NCBI GenBank assembly: GCA_051294375.1
Contig: JBJCIZ010000239.1
Span: forward strand, 1,107,678-1,171,677
DNA: 64,000 bases
Source of the DNA: Paraspadella gotoi
Lineage: Eukaryota > Animalia > Chaetognatha
Direction: 5' to 3'
Position 1 is the first letter of the stretch; each line of letters opens with the position of its first letter. The notes under the pieces are model-generated. The model saw nothing but the letters and a program-made list of their open reading frames with translations, did not search any database and had not been told where the DNA came from. Shown here piece after piece: positions 11,476 to 24,209 of this stretch. Made by a program: the position numbers and the translations under genes.

Positions 11476-14365
11476 GTGATCCAATGGGATTGGTGATGTG
11501 ACCCACGCAACAAGAACGGCACTTTTTTATCAGAATATATATTTTTTTTTTACTTAACCAAAGCCTTTGGCGAAGGAACAACATTTGTAAAAAAAAAAGG
11601 AAATTATTTTGGTTACAATGATTCATATTTACCTCGTCTCATCGCCGAAATATAATGCTCATTATTATTTCGAGATTTATATTTATTAAAAATAATTTCC
11701 GACCTCGTTATATTAAAATTCCCATTTTAAATGAACGACAATGTTAGTCAACTTTATCAACGATGAAAACCCTTCCGAAAACTGACTTGACTAGATTTAA
11801 AACGTCCCTAACAAATTGAAAGTTTCGTGATCTCGAATTAACCAACTTACCCTTCACATCAACCTGCACCTTAATTTAACCAGGATTTCCTTCGAATAGG
11901 GTCAACCCCTTGAAATTTAAAAGGCCAAGAGTTGAGCCCCGCTGCCCGGGGCGGTTACCGCGGCGGACGGACGGTCCTGAAGGAACGGAGATGAGAAGCG
12001 GTTCACGAATCGGAGCACACATGACCAGCTAAGGAGGGGGATATATGGCGGCTATTCTCGAGTGGGGGGCGGGGAATTTTGGCGGAGGGTAGGACTCTCT
12101 TCTCGGGATAGAGGCCACAACGCGGGCCAGTACAAATGGACTTCGTCTAGTACTCTGATAGTTCTCGCGGTTGAGGGACTGGCCTCTCTTCTCCGGCAAG
12201 AGGCCTAAGCAGGCCAATGGAGAAGGACCCTGACTGCGGAGCCCAGTGGAAAAAATATATAAAAGTCGGATAATTAAAAAAAAAAAATACCACCCAGTGG
12301 ATCAGGACTGAAGAATTCAGCAAAAGGCTAGAGGGGGAACGGAAAAGGGCACGTTAGGAATTAGACCGCCTAGCGATAAGAGGGCCATTAACAGAACTGT
12401 GATCCACGGGGTCAAGGCGACAGAGATGAGAGAGAGGAGAGAGAGCAGAGAGACGACAGAGAGAGAGAAAGAGACAGAGACCGAGAAGAGAAGAAAGAGA
12501 AGAGAGAGAGAGAGAGAAGTCGGCTTAAAACGCCCGTAGGCAACGCAGCGAATCGCTATCTTTATGCTATTTACGAATCGATCTCTGGCGGCATTCCCAG
12601 CATTCTTGAATTTCGTGATCGCGTACGTGTACGAACTCTTGAATAGCGCGTACAATACGGTCTATAGCGAATCTTCATCATCGGACAGATGGAGATATCA
12701 CAATTATAGTAAAACGATCTTCTTTCCTTAGTTTTTTCCTCGATCATCACCGAACTTTCTTTTTTTTTTGTTTGACCACAGCTCCATTAACCATTAAACA
12801 CCCTTTAACCCACCACAGATTCATCGCCTCTTCCTGTGTGGTCTCATCTCTTCTCCATTTGTTCGTCGAAGCGCTGAAGGTTTTCTTCACGTGAATCGGA
12901 TCACGACGACGACGATGACGATAATCATACGTATTGATGACTTCGACGATGACGCTGATAATGATGACAACGACTTCGACAAGAAAGACAATGACAACTT
13001 CTTTAACTAACCCGTCCTCACCTTTAGTTATCATTTCCTTCGCCCGAGAACTTAAACTTAGTAAGTAAGACTTACTTTATGGAGGCTCAGTAGCCCCGCC
13101 AAAAAAATACATGGTATACTAGAAAGAATTTTATACCTATGGCCGTATATATTCCATGTTTTTGTATCACTTTTAAAAATAGTATACGCTTGTGACAAGA
13201 ATCTTAATGGCAGAATTACAGAATCTATGATTTAATAATATAATTTACAAAGACTAAAACTCCAATGGACAACAATATCTCTTTCGTCATCGTCCAGTTA
13301 TCTAAGATTACTAATTAAAACTCAATCAAAATATTGTTATATCAAATTTTAACTGCAATATGCAAATCAGATTTAAATTCTTAATAAAAAAAAATCGCTC
13401 ACCGAAAACCATAACATCTCTTTCTCTCTCTCTCTCTCTCTCTACAATATCTATTAGAGATGGAGCATCGGGTCGGGAATCGGGAAGGGCTCCGGATCAA
13501 GATCCTTTATAATTTCCACTTCTATTCAAAAACTGCATAGAAGGCCAAAACAAATTATGTCAAATATGGCAGCATTTCCGAAAGCTTGGGCGTCTGGAAT
13601 CCATGGAGGTAAGAAGCGCGAGTCGAACATTCCCATTTTATCATGGCCCAAAAATGGTATTTAAATGGACTGGTCAGGTCTTTTTTCCCTATTCCAAGAA
13701 AACCTCCTGGCTCTTGAGTAAAAATACCCAAATCAATACATTTAGTACAGTTTCTGAAACTTATTGTCTCTTTACATGATGAAAAAAAGCTAAATTAAAA
13801 TTCTGCAATCTAATTGCTGATAAAGCAATCAAATGAACTTGTTTTTTTTAGGTGAAACTGCCATAGTCAAGTACCCTTCATTTTTTTCAATTTTGAACAC
13901 AATTGAAGAAAACCTGTATTGATTTTACTATTCAAATCAGGTAGAGCGCGGGATTAAATTCAAAAGCGTTTTCTCAATATAAATGCAAAATTTAAAAAAA
14001 GTCCAATAAAAACTCATTAAAAAGAAAAATCGTCGCACAACGTTGTTGCTTGTGAAGCTCCCAAATGCTAGAAAAGATAAATTTTAAATTTTTTATATCA
14101 TTATATAATAATAAAATATTTATATAAAATATAATTATAGCATTAAAAATAATTGTTTATTCAATCAATATTAAAAAAGGATATACTGTATTAAAAAATA
14201 TATTTATAAATAAAAATAGTTAATTTTTTTAAAACTGCAAGTTTTTTTTTAAATTATGGTATGAATTAAAAAATATAAGAATTAAAATAAAATTTTAATT
14301 TAATAAAATAATCAACAATATTATATAATCAAATCATTATGTAATCCTCCTTCGTTGTTTTTGAG

Positions 14366-14547
14366 GTATTAGAAAAAAACAGTTTTTGTTTGACAACGAT
14401 TATTTGACACAATTTAGTCAAGACATGTTTTCGGCTCATTCAAAATACTGATCGAAGGCTCTAAATGAATGAGCCGAAACAATGTCTGACTAAATTGTGT
14501 GCAAATAAATCGTGGTCAAAACAAAACTCGTTTTTTCCTGAATATAC
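14366..14547. repeat. About 75-bp inverted repeat containing a minimal hammerhead-ribozyme motif (+ strand), Penelope-like pLTR relic
   Basis: CTGAT(c)GAA-GGCTC (14448-14461), loop, GAGCC-GAAAC-(a)ATGTC (14471-14486), then AATAAA. The left arm 14366-14442 is the reverse complement of the 3' half. Confidence 0.65.
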
Positions 14548-15519
14548 TAAATCAGAAAAAATTGTTAAAATTTACTTTTTTTTAATAATAATAATAATAA
14601 AAACAATTAATAATAATAACTAATATAATAAAATCAATAATAATAAATAAAATATCAATATTTTTATTTTTTTAATTTTATTTTGTTTAATAAGGTAGTA
14701 ATTTATTTATTTTATTATTATTTATTAAATTATTACTTAATTCTTATATCATTATTAATTATTTTCATTATTATTATATATCTGTATAATAATATAAGTC
14801 TTTCATTATTAAATAAATTTTATTTATTTATTTAAACAATATATAAAAAAATTATAAAAAAATTATGTTTTAAATTATCTTTAAATTTAAAATAAATTTA
14901 AAAAAATATTTCTATAAATTAATATATAAATAAAAAGATATTTTTAACATTAACGGGATTTTTCTCTGAAAAATTGCCGAGGCCCAGGAATCTCACTGTG
15001 GCGCGGTTTCTAAATGCTTAGTACTACGCATAGTACTAATCTTTGTTATGGACTCAAAACACGAGCTCGAATTTTATAAGCGAAAGTTGAATCGGTTTGA
15101 AGAGCGATTTTTGCGATTGCTTTTTGGCGCATTACTATTTGAACGCGGATTGCTCAGGCATTCATGACTGAAATTATGCATGTAGATAAATGTTCTGCAA
15201 ATTGTCTATCCGAAAACGCTAACGCGAAAATTTGATATTATAAACAATCAGCTTGTTTAGAAAGCGAAGATTGGCTCCATCCCCATTATCTATTTATCTC
15301 TGCTCTCTCTCGCTCTCCTCTCTCCTCTCTCATCTCTCTCTGCTCTCTCTCTCTCTTCTCTCTATCTCTATCTATCTATCTATCTCTCTCTCTCTCTCTC
15401 TCGCGCAAAATATGTAAATCTTATCTCTATAAACAACAATAACAACCAAAGGATCACTCCGCGAGTTGGGCTGAACCAGTTTCTCTCTAAATCTTTCTTT
15501 TCGATTTCCCAAGTCGCCG

Positions 15520-15673
15520 ATGATAACAACAACAACAACAACAGCAACAACAACAACTAACCAGTAGTCGCATCTGTTGACGTTTTCTTCGTAAATCCGA
15601 TGATTTTTTTTTCTCACTAGCGGCGGAGAGAAAAAAAAACAAAAAGACTAAACGACGAGAAAGACCAAGAAAA

Positions 15674-15705
<32 letters not shown>

Positions 15706-15918
15706 CGACGAAGAATGACGACGATGACCACAATTCGATGCGACGATGACGTTTTTGACGACCACAATGATGACGACGACGAAAACAACGACGAGGACCA
15801 GTTGAACTATGACGATGACCACAAGTCGATGAGGAGAATGACAACGACCACGACGACAACAACGACGACAACAACGACTTNNNNNNNNNNGACGACGACG
15901 ACGACGACGACGACAACT
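15520..15918. repeat. (GAC)n/(AAC)n trinucleotide tracts
   Basis: Seen directly; source of the polyT/D/S/V ORFs. Confidence 0.9.
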
Positions 15919-16249
15919 ATTATTTTACAACGCGGTTCGACGAGTCTCAATAAAAACTTCTCGTCTCCCGCCAAGAATTTCTTTCGCTCGACGAAAATCA
16001 GTTGAGTACATTCCTCGGAGACCGACCGACCGACCGACAAGTCGGTTGGCCGACAGGGAGATTCTAGGCCGACGAAGGTCTTGGCCGGTGTTCGTGAGGA
16101 AGACGGTCGGTGTTGAGGTATTATTATTTTTATCGTCATAGACAATTGGGCATAAATAGTAAAATATTTTTTCGGAATGGTTGTCGGTCTTAGAAGTCTT
16201 TTCGGGCTTTTTGATAATATGAGTAATAATATTGAACATTGTTTAGCAT

Positions 16250-16330
16250 TCTCTGACAGTCTTTGCAAGTTCGAAAGTCTCTACAATCAGAAGCCATCTT
16301 TAAATTCCTCTAATCTTTCTGACTTTGTAC
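16250..16330 (+). mobile_element. Possible fragment of a Penelope-like GIY-YIG endonuclease C-terminus
   Basis: Translation LCKFESLYNQKPSLNS resembles the PLE terminal motif L..LESLYI...KPSLN; only a short match. Confidence 0.35.
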
Positions 16331-17086
16331 TCTTGTCAACTTTAACTGAATTTAAAAAATTGAAAGTTTTACGGGTCACGTCATTGCGATTTTAAACAAA
16401 GTCAGAAAATCAAAATTGTTGACGATCTTTACAGCCTCACAACGCAGTCTTCCCGATCTCCGCAATCTTTACAATCTTCACATTTCCCCCCCCCCCACGC
16501 TACCCCCCTTATCTCCTCACTTTAACAGTCTGCCTTATTTTCCAAGAGCGCCCCATTTCGTTTTAATTTTAGAATTTAATTATTTTATAGGTTAATTTTT
16601 AGGGTTAAGTATTAGGTTAAGGATAAGGGTTATGGAATTTTGTTAGTGATTAGGGTATAAAGTTAAGGTATAGAATAGCATTGCGGAATAAACTTTTGTT
16701 AAAATGTATGAATACTTTGGTGGATTTAATTGAGTTTGTTCCCTTTTTGTTTGGGTTTAACAATAGATTAAATTAAATTTATTAATAAAAATCAAGTTAA
16801 GAAATTAAGAAAAAGAAATGGGTCGCTCTTAGAAAAGAGAGCCAGTCTTTCATCCTCATCCTTTTCCTCATCTTCATCCAAAGAGAAAAAAAAAAGATAA
16901 TTTTTTTACGACGCGACTTTTCTGACACAAGAAGATGAAGACGTCGACGAGCCACTCGGGAAGTGAAGGACTCGACTTCAGAGATGCGACTTCTTGGAGA
17001 AAGTTTAATCTCTTCCTCGATTGTCTGCAACATTCTTTGACTGGGGTCTTTCTTTTAGGTCAGATGTCTTTGTGAAACTAGTATTG

Positions 17087-17123
<37 letters not shown>

Positions 17124-17318
17124 NNNNNNNNNNNNNNNNNNNNNNNNNNNNNNNNNNNNNNNNNNNNNNNNNNNNNNNNNNNNNNNNNNNNNNNNNNNNN
17201 NNNNNNNNNNNNNNNNNNNNNNNNNNNTGTCACGATCGTGATCTGCGGTGATGATCTTTAGGATAGCCTTCTTGACGTCAGAATGGTCAAAACTAGATCG
17301 TATTTACATTTATTCTAA

Positions 17319-17445
17319 CGACGACGACGACGACGACGACGACTAGTCGACCTGTACTTTCAAAGGAATCTTGATTGAGAGCTTTACTGGACAACAACGA
17401 CGACGACGACGACGACTTGCACCTAAAAAAACAGATCATCGACAA

Positions 17446-17483
<38 letters not shown>

Positions 17484-17828
17484 ACTTAGTTAATGAAGAC
17501 AGAAGAGTCCGACTTTGGAAGAACAAACGCTCCGACGAAAAGAAAGAAAGAAAGATAGAAAGATAAAAAGATAGAAAGAAAGATAAAGATAACAAAGAAA
17601 GAAAGAAAGAAATGAAATAAATGAAAGAAAGAAAGAAATGAAAGAAAGAAAGAAAGAAAGAAATTAAAGAAAGAAAGAAATTAAAGAAAGAAATTAAAGA
17701 AAGAAAGAAAGAAAGAAAGAAATTAAAGAAAGAAAGAAATTAAAAAAATAAAGAAAGAAAGAAAGAAAGAAAGAATGAAATGAAATAAAGAAATTAAAGA
17801 AAGAAAGAAAGAAAGAAAGAAAGAAAAA

Positions 17829-17864
<36 letters not shown>

Positions 17865-17870
17865 AAAAAG
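17319..17870. repeat. (GAC)n and (GAAA)n microsatellites
   Basis: Seen directly. Confidence 0.9.
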
Positions 17871-19169
17871 ACGGACAGGCACAGACAGACGGACGTCAGC
17901 TACCGGAAAATTCGATCCTGAAGATGCAAGAGCTTCTAGGGGAAGGGGAAGGGAAGAAGAGAGAAGGGAGGGGAAGAGGGGATAAAGGGAAGGGATCGGG
18001 AATAAGATGCTGAAGGCGAAAGAATCTGAAATTGTAGGTCGGCGTTTAGCGTAACTGAGATTAAGGCTCGGGGTGCGAAGAGAGAGCGAAAGAGATTTGT
18101 CAATTAAAACCCGGGATGAATTCGATAATTCGAGAAGATAGATGGAGGGAAAAGCGATTTATGGAATGCGTTGGATGATTGGTGGTTGTTGGTCTTAAGA
18201 TGGGATGATGGTTGATTGCTTGGTTTTGCTTGGTTGGTTGGTACCCAACCGTAAGAAGTGCAGAAAAAAAACTTGACTAAGTTAATGGGCTATTGGTTGT
18301 TAATGTTTGGTTAGTTTAGGAACAAAGTTAATGGACGAGGAATGAACTAAGTAAAAGGTAATGAGTTGTTAATGGTTAAATAATTGTTAGTTCATGGTTG
18401 TTAATGGTTCATGCTGATTGCTCAATGGTTGTTAATAATTTGTTAATGGTTAGTTGTGAGTTTTGGTTGATTGGTAATGATGGTACTAGTTGTTGGAATA
18501 AGTTGATGGACTATTAGTTGTTAATTGACTAATGTTGTTAATGTTAAGGTTAATTAGTTTTTAATGGAATATTAGTTGTTAAATGGTAAACTAGACATAT
18601 ATTACTCAAACTTTTTATCGATTTTAGGGAAAGAAATGAATTAGATATTTAGTTCAAAGAGAATGATTATATCGCGGTTCAGTAGATTAAGACGCGGGGT
18701 GGTTGAAAATCAATTGACCGTGAGGTGGTGAGAAAGCGGGGGGGCAGGGGGGGCGAGTTGGCGCGGTGAGAAGAGGCTCTTCGTGATCGACCGCTTTTTT
18801 TTGGAAAGAGGTCGGCAAGGCGTAGAGGGGTGGTCACTGGTCACAGCTTGTGGTCAGTTTCTGGGGGATAGCATAACTGACCCAAACTTGGATTGATTTT
18901 TTTTTATCACTAATGATAAAGGTCTTATGTTAAAACGACGTCTGTTTTATAATTTGGCTTCATTTACTTTTCGTCTTTTTTTTTTTTTTTTTTACATTTT
19001 CATGCCATCAAAATCATTGTCTCCGAGAAGGGATAAAAGCCCAGGAGTCCGAGAAAAGCTTTTTCGCGCTTTACTTACGGTTAAAGCTTCTCTCTCTCTC
19101 TCTCTCTCTCCTTCTCTGCTCTTCTCTCTCTCTCCTCTCTCCTTCTCTCTCTTCTCTCTCTCTCTCGAA

Positions 19170-21810
19170 CCAAGGTTTAACCTCGAAATAAAGGAACCAT
19201 ACTACCTTGGAAGACGTCGGAAGTGGGATCACTTACCAGGCCTCTTGGACCTAAAGGAAACTATACACCTCATGACCAAAAAAGTTTACCAAACGAATAA
19301 ACTGGGAAATATTTATAACCATCTCCAACAAGAACAAGAAACAGATATATAAGAAATTACATAACGGGAATAATCACTGATTAGTAATCATGTCCGAGCA
19401 CTATGGTTGAAAAATTCACAACTTGCAATTAAGAAAAAAGTCAGCTGATGAAGCAACTAAAATTTGGTAGATCAAAAACAAATTGGGGGACACCACTTTC
19501 AACGAGATACAAATCATTGATTTAAAAGGAGAAGGCAAACACTCCAATAGATTAAAAAAATCTTAAGCAAAATGCATTTCTGACAATGAAATTACACAAG
19601 GAACTAACAAATTATTTAAGCAAAGAAGTTTCGAAAAAAAGATAAAAGAGACAGAGAAAAAGAAAACAGTGCTGAAAGTAAACTCGCTATGTAACACTAA
19701 ACGACGGCACAAAAATGGAACTGATAAAGGAAACTCAACTGACTATATCAAGCCGAAACAAATGCAGCCCTTTTAGCCGCATTGACAAGGCCTGACGGGA
19801 GGCTGTGCTCAATCGTAGAAGACAATTTGGAAATTCAGGCTGATAGGATGGAGGCAGAACATTCTGTAACAAGCAATAAATTCACGGAAAGACAAAGAAT
19901 GGGATCAAAAAGAATTGAAAAAATCTAACGAAACACACAGGATGTACTCACCAAAAGTTACCATCTGAAGAACAAAGGGGAATGAGCGTTTTCGCTTCTG
20001 CCTCAAAATGTATTTCTGGCGAAACAGACTCTGTCAATAATTTTTATCAGAAAAACTAAAAAACCGATCTGCTTCCAGGAGACGATGTTTCATTACAAAT
20101 GAAATGTTGAAACATCTTCCGCGGAAAAATGGGTGACAAAAACTTTTCTAAAATATATAAGAATTGCCTAAAATATTGGTTATTTCAAAAAGCATGGAAG
20201 GTTGCAAAAACTAAAAAATGCTTCTAAAACCAGATAAAGATCCCAGCATGCCAAAAAGCTATCCGGCCAGTGTCGCTAACTGGATCAATGTGTAGGAAAA
20301 CTATTTGGAGAGAAATGATTCAACGCCTTTTTAAGCTTGTGCCTGCAAAAAGCAACAACGCGCATAGAATATAGAGCAGTCTGGGTATCTAGAAAGGGAA
20401 GGAGGAACAGAAGACTTGATAAAGGCTTGTCGAGGACTGTTACACGGGCTTCAAAAGGCAGCAGGCAACAATTTTGGTAAAACCCTGGATTACGAAGGAG
20501 CATTTAATGCTGTTTTTGGCACGAGGGCCTTCTGTGGAAAAATATCCTAAAGAATTTGCGGTAAAACTGATAAGAATTGTTTCCTCCCTTCTTGACAGGA
20601 CCAGATTTCTCTTATCAAAGAAGTGACAAAAAATCTAGAATTGTGAAATTGTGCAGAGGTTCACTCTCAGGGGGCAATATCCTAGCCCCAGATTTGGTTT
20701 GCCATATTTGTTTGCTGATCCTAACCATTTTAAAGAGGCAGCGGAAATGGCATGCACTACAATATGCCGAATGACGTTGGCCACTTGGACAACCAGCAGA
20801 CCATTGTCAATTGCGGTAGAAAGGACACAAACAATAATGGATGGCCTATGGGTAAAAATTGGTGGCGGGAATGTGCGTATGGGTCTTTGTCCATCATCAT
20901 TCCATGATGGTAATTACAGATGCCCTGCAGAAAAGAAAATGCAGTAAATTCTCACTTTGATGGGGCATTAGAAAATCCGCACAAAGTACATGAACTCATT
21001 TTTGGGCTGCACCATTAAGATGATAGTCTTCGTCTGGTCAAGTCCATATAAATAGAATTATTAAATAAAAGTCAACATAAAATATATGCCATAAAAAAAT
21101 AAACTTGCAAAAATTTTGTAAAAGGCATATAACAATATTGAAGTAATGCGCCTATTTTGACCAGCTTTAATAGTCTCTAACCTTGCTTATTCAGCACTGC
21201 CATACGCTTGCCATGAGCGGGGTCCACTGGGAAAAAATTGACCGATGGTTCATGAAAGCCATCAAAAAGTTCATTAAAGTTCCCAACAAACTGAAAAATC
21301 AAAGCAGTAGCTTGAATGCGATGCGGACGGGATATGTTATCAGCGACCTGAAAGAACGCGCAAAGAAGAGGATTGTTTCAACATTGTGAAGCACACCAGA
21401 AGTTTTTCGGAGAATATATTGCAAAAATAAGGGAAAGGGACCCACATCAAACAATCAATCTATTCTTAGAACTCCAATTTTACGAGAAGACAATATTGAA
21501 TATTAGGGAATGCCTTATGTGTTATTTTAAGATGAAGCCATTGTTGCGTCGGCAACGCCATTAGGAATTAACTGAGATCAAGTATTTGTGTGGTTTCTAT
21601 TTTTTTAAATTTCCTTTTCCTGAAATACTAATATTTTAGTAGATAACACATTTTTTTTTCTGTGTAGTTAAAAGAAAAAAAAAAAAGTTGCTTTCCTGTA
21701 TTAGAAAACGAATCAATGAATGAACGGAGCCATCGTTACTTATAGGTCCTTCTTGGCAGAGGGTACCTAGGTCCATGTAATAACCATATCCTAATCTATC
21801 CTATTCTATC
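19170..21810 (+). mobile_element. Degraded non-LTR retrotransposon (LINE; Jockey/I-group-like ORF2 reverse transcriptase), many frameshifts
   Basis: Ordered RT motifs across frameshifts: IRKLKNRSAPGDD.ITNEMLKHLP (about 20047), AWKVAK..KPDKDPSMPKSYRPVSL (about 20190-20280), LDYEGAFNAVWHEGL (about 20485), G..QG.ILAP (about 20655), QYA(D)DV (about 20760). The 3' end has a short hairpin and (ATCCT/ATCT)n tail. Confidence 0.85.
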
Positions 21811-21854
21811 TGCTCCTCTCTCTCCTCTCTTCTCTCTCTCCGCTCTCTCTCTCG

Positions 21855-21888
<34 letters not shown>

Positions 21889-22002
21889 GCTTATCGATCG
21901 GCGAGAGCCAAAACAAATCCATCACCTCGTTTCTCAGAAAGAAGAAAAAAACAAAGACTCGATTTTTTTTTAAACTGAAAAAAAAAATCACTTTTTTTTA
22001 AC

Positions 22003-22120
22003 TTTGGACAAAGGTTTAAGACTTCCATCAGTCTTACAAGATAATGACATAGCAGGTGCCTGCAAGCTTTCAATCAAGACTCACTGTCTCGATTAGTACC
22101 TGGCTTCCCCATAAATGAAG
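22003..22120. repeat. Dispersed repeat, copy 1 (homologous to 30391-30537)
   Basis: Shared TTTGGACA..GGTTTAAG..CCATCA.TCTTACAAGATAATG..CTGCAAGC..AGACTCA..AGTACCTGGCTTCC. Confidence 0.8.
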
Positions 22121-22690
22121 TGGTACAATATTTCAAGAATGTTTCAATTGTATGAACAGACGACTCCCTTAAGTATTTGTATTAGTAAGTTAGGTTAGAT
22201 ATCAAGTAAAACAACCAAAAACAAATTGAGTTTATAAATATTACAAACGTTGGGATCTTTTCATACACCTCGCATCCAAAACATAAGGGCTCGAATTATG
22301 TTCTAAGAAGAAAAAAATATGTTTGATAGAGAATTTTAAGTATTTCCTGATCATTATTTTTTTTAAACTTCCGTGAGAGGGGTCCGTTGTTCCGCACCGA
22401 AACTCTCCCTCTCTCTCTTTCACTCTCTCTCTCTCTCCCTCTATCACTCTCTCTCTCTAGCCCTTACTCATTCTCTATGCGTTCTACCGCCGTCTTCTCG
22501 CAAATCCGTCCTTCCGCTCTCTTTCTCTCTCCCTCTCTCCTCTCTCTTCTCTCCTCTATCTCTCTCTCTCTTCTCGTCTCCTCTCTCTCTCTCTCTAACT
22601 CTTCTCTCTCTCTCTTTTTTTTCTCCCTCACACAACACTATAGCGCTGTTTTCACGAATGAAAAAAAAAAGAATTATCGCCTAACTAGAG

Positions 22691-22751
<61 letters not shown>

Positions 22752-23443
22752 AGAGAAGAGAAGGAAGAGAGAGAGAGCCAGAGAGAGAGAGAGATAGAGA
22801 GAGAGAGAAGAGAAAGAGAGAGAGAGAGAGAAAAAAAATCCCAGAAAAATCAGCATGATGGACCTTATCAATTTTCCTCTCCACCCAGACGGAAAAACAA
22901 ATTCTGCGAATCAAGAATAAAAAAAAATGAGATGAAATTCGAATAACAAAAAAGTAAATATAAATTTGATATTATCTCGCGCGAGACGAAGGAATGTTTC
23001 ATTTCAAAATTAAAAATGAATGAATGAATGAATGAATGAATGAATGAATGAATGAATGAATGAATGAATAAATGAATGAATGCATAAATTTTATTGTCAA
23101 ATTTGTTCGGTTAAACAGTAAAATAAAAACCCGTATTTTTAATTCATCTTATTCCTCACAAATGATTTCAATCCACCTCTTCGACCACCCTCGAGCCATT
23201 CCACCCCATCAACATCCCTCGAGCCGGTCCGCCCCTTCAACACCCCCCTTTTTTGCTTCCTTCCAACGCCCTTCTTATCTTTCTCCAAGATTATAAGTTC
23301 GAAAACCTGACTCGAACTTTCAACTTCGTTCTTCGCGTTTTGTTCTGATTCCAAGTAAAAAAAAGAAACAGCAAAATTATTTATTTTCCTTTAAATATCA
23401 CAAGGAATACTTATTATCCTTTTTTTTTAAAAAAGATTTATTT

Positions 23444-23628
23444 AGGGAAAAAACGGTTTTGAATTGTTTTACAACGAATTGTATTTAACAATTTATTAGT
23501 CGGACATGTTTCGACTCTTCGAGTCAAAGAAGTCAAAGAAGGCTCGAACTACAGAGTCGAAACATGTCCGACTAATAAATTGTCAAATACAATTCGTTGT
23601 AAAACAATTCAAAACTTTTTTTTTCCCT
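23444..23628. repeat. About 75-bp near-perfect inverted repeat with a 5'-truncated hammerhead motif, same family as 14366-14547
   Basis: Arms at 23444-23518 and 23553-23628. The spacer holds AAGAA-GGCTC and the arm holds GAGTC-GAAAC-ATGTC-CGACT-AATAAA. Confidence 0.7.
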
Positions 23629-23969
23629 CAATTCAAAACGCAACGAAAAAAAAGTAAATATGCAAAATATATATTTAAAAAATAGTGTAGAACTTATTAC
23701 AGTTATATATTCTCACAACGAATAATAAATACAAAGTGAGAGAAGCAATTTAAATAAAGAAGAAAAATAAATAAAATGCACCAAACGATTTTTCACTTCA
23801 CAATTCGGAAGCCAAAAAAAAAGATCAAAGTTCACTTGTTCTTCCTTCGACTTTTGTTGACATTTTTTTTCACGTGAATACGATTTCGTTGTGATACTTT
23901 TGGGGTTCGATCTTCACGTGAGGCGAAATAGCGGGGTGTCTGCTTGAAGCGAAACAGAATTAATGATCT

Positions 23970-24012
<43 letters not shown>

Positions 24013-24165
24013 TCTCTCTCTCTTCTCTCTTCCCACCTTACAGTTGTAAAAATCCTTCCACCGTTAAATAAAAATATTTCTTTACCTCCCTCGGGTTCAA
24101 AAAACAAGAAAACGATATTTGTTCGCTTTAATCAATTTTTTTTGGATGCGGGGTGACCTATGTCC

Positions 24166-24209
<44 letters not shown>

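Noticed and set aside
13500-13940. About 60-codon open stretch on the minus strand and splice-like signals
   Set aside because: No recognisable motif and no consistent exon chain; could be a decayed TE.
16595-16670. TTAGGG/TTAGG-like units as an interstitial telomere
   Set aside because: Only a few degenerate, non-tandem units.
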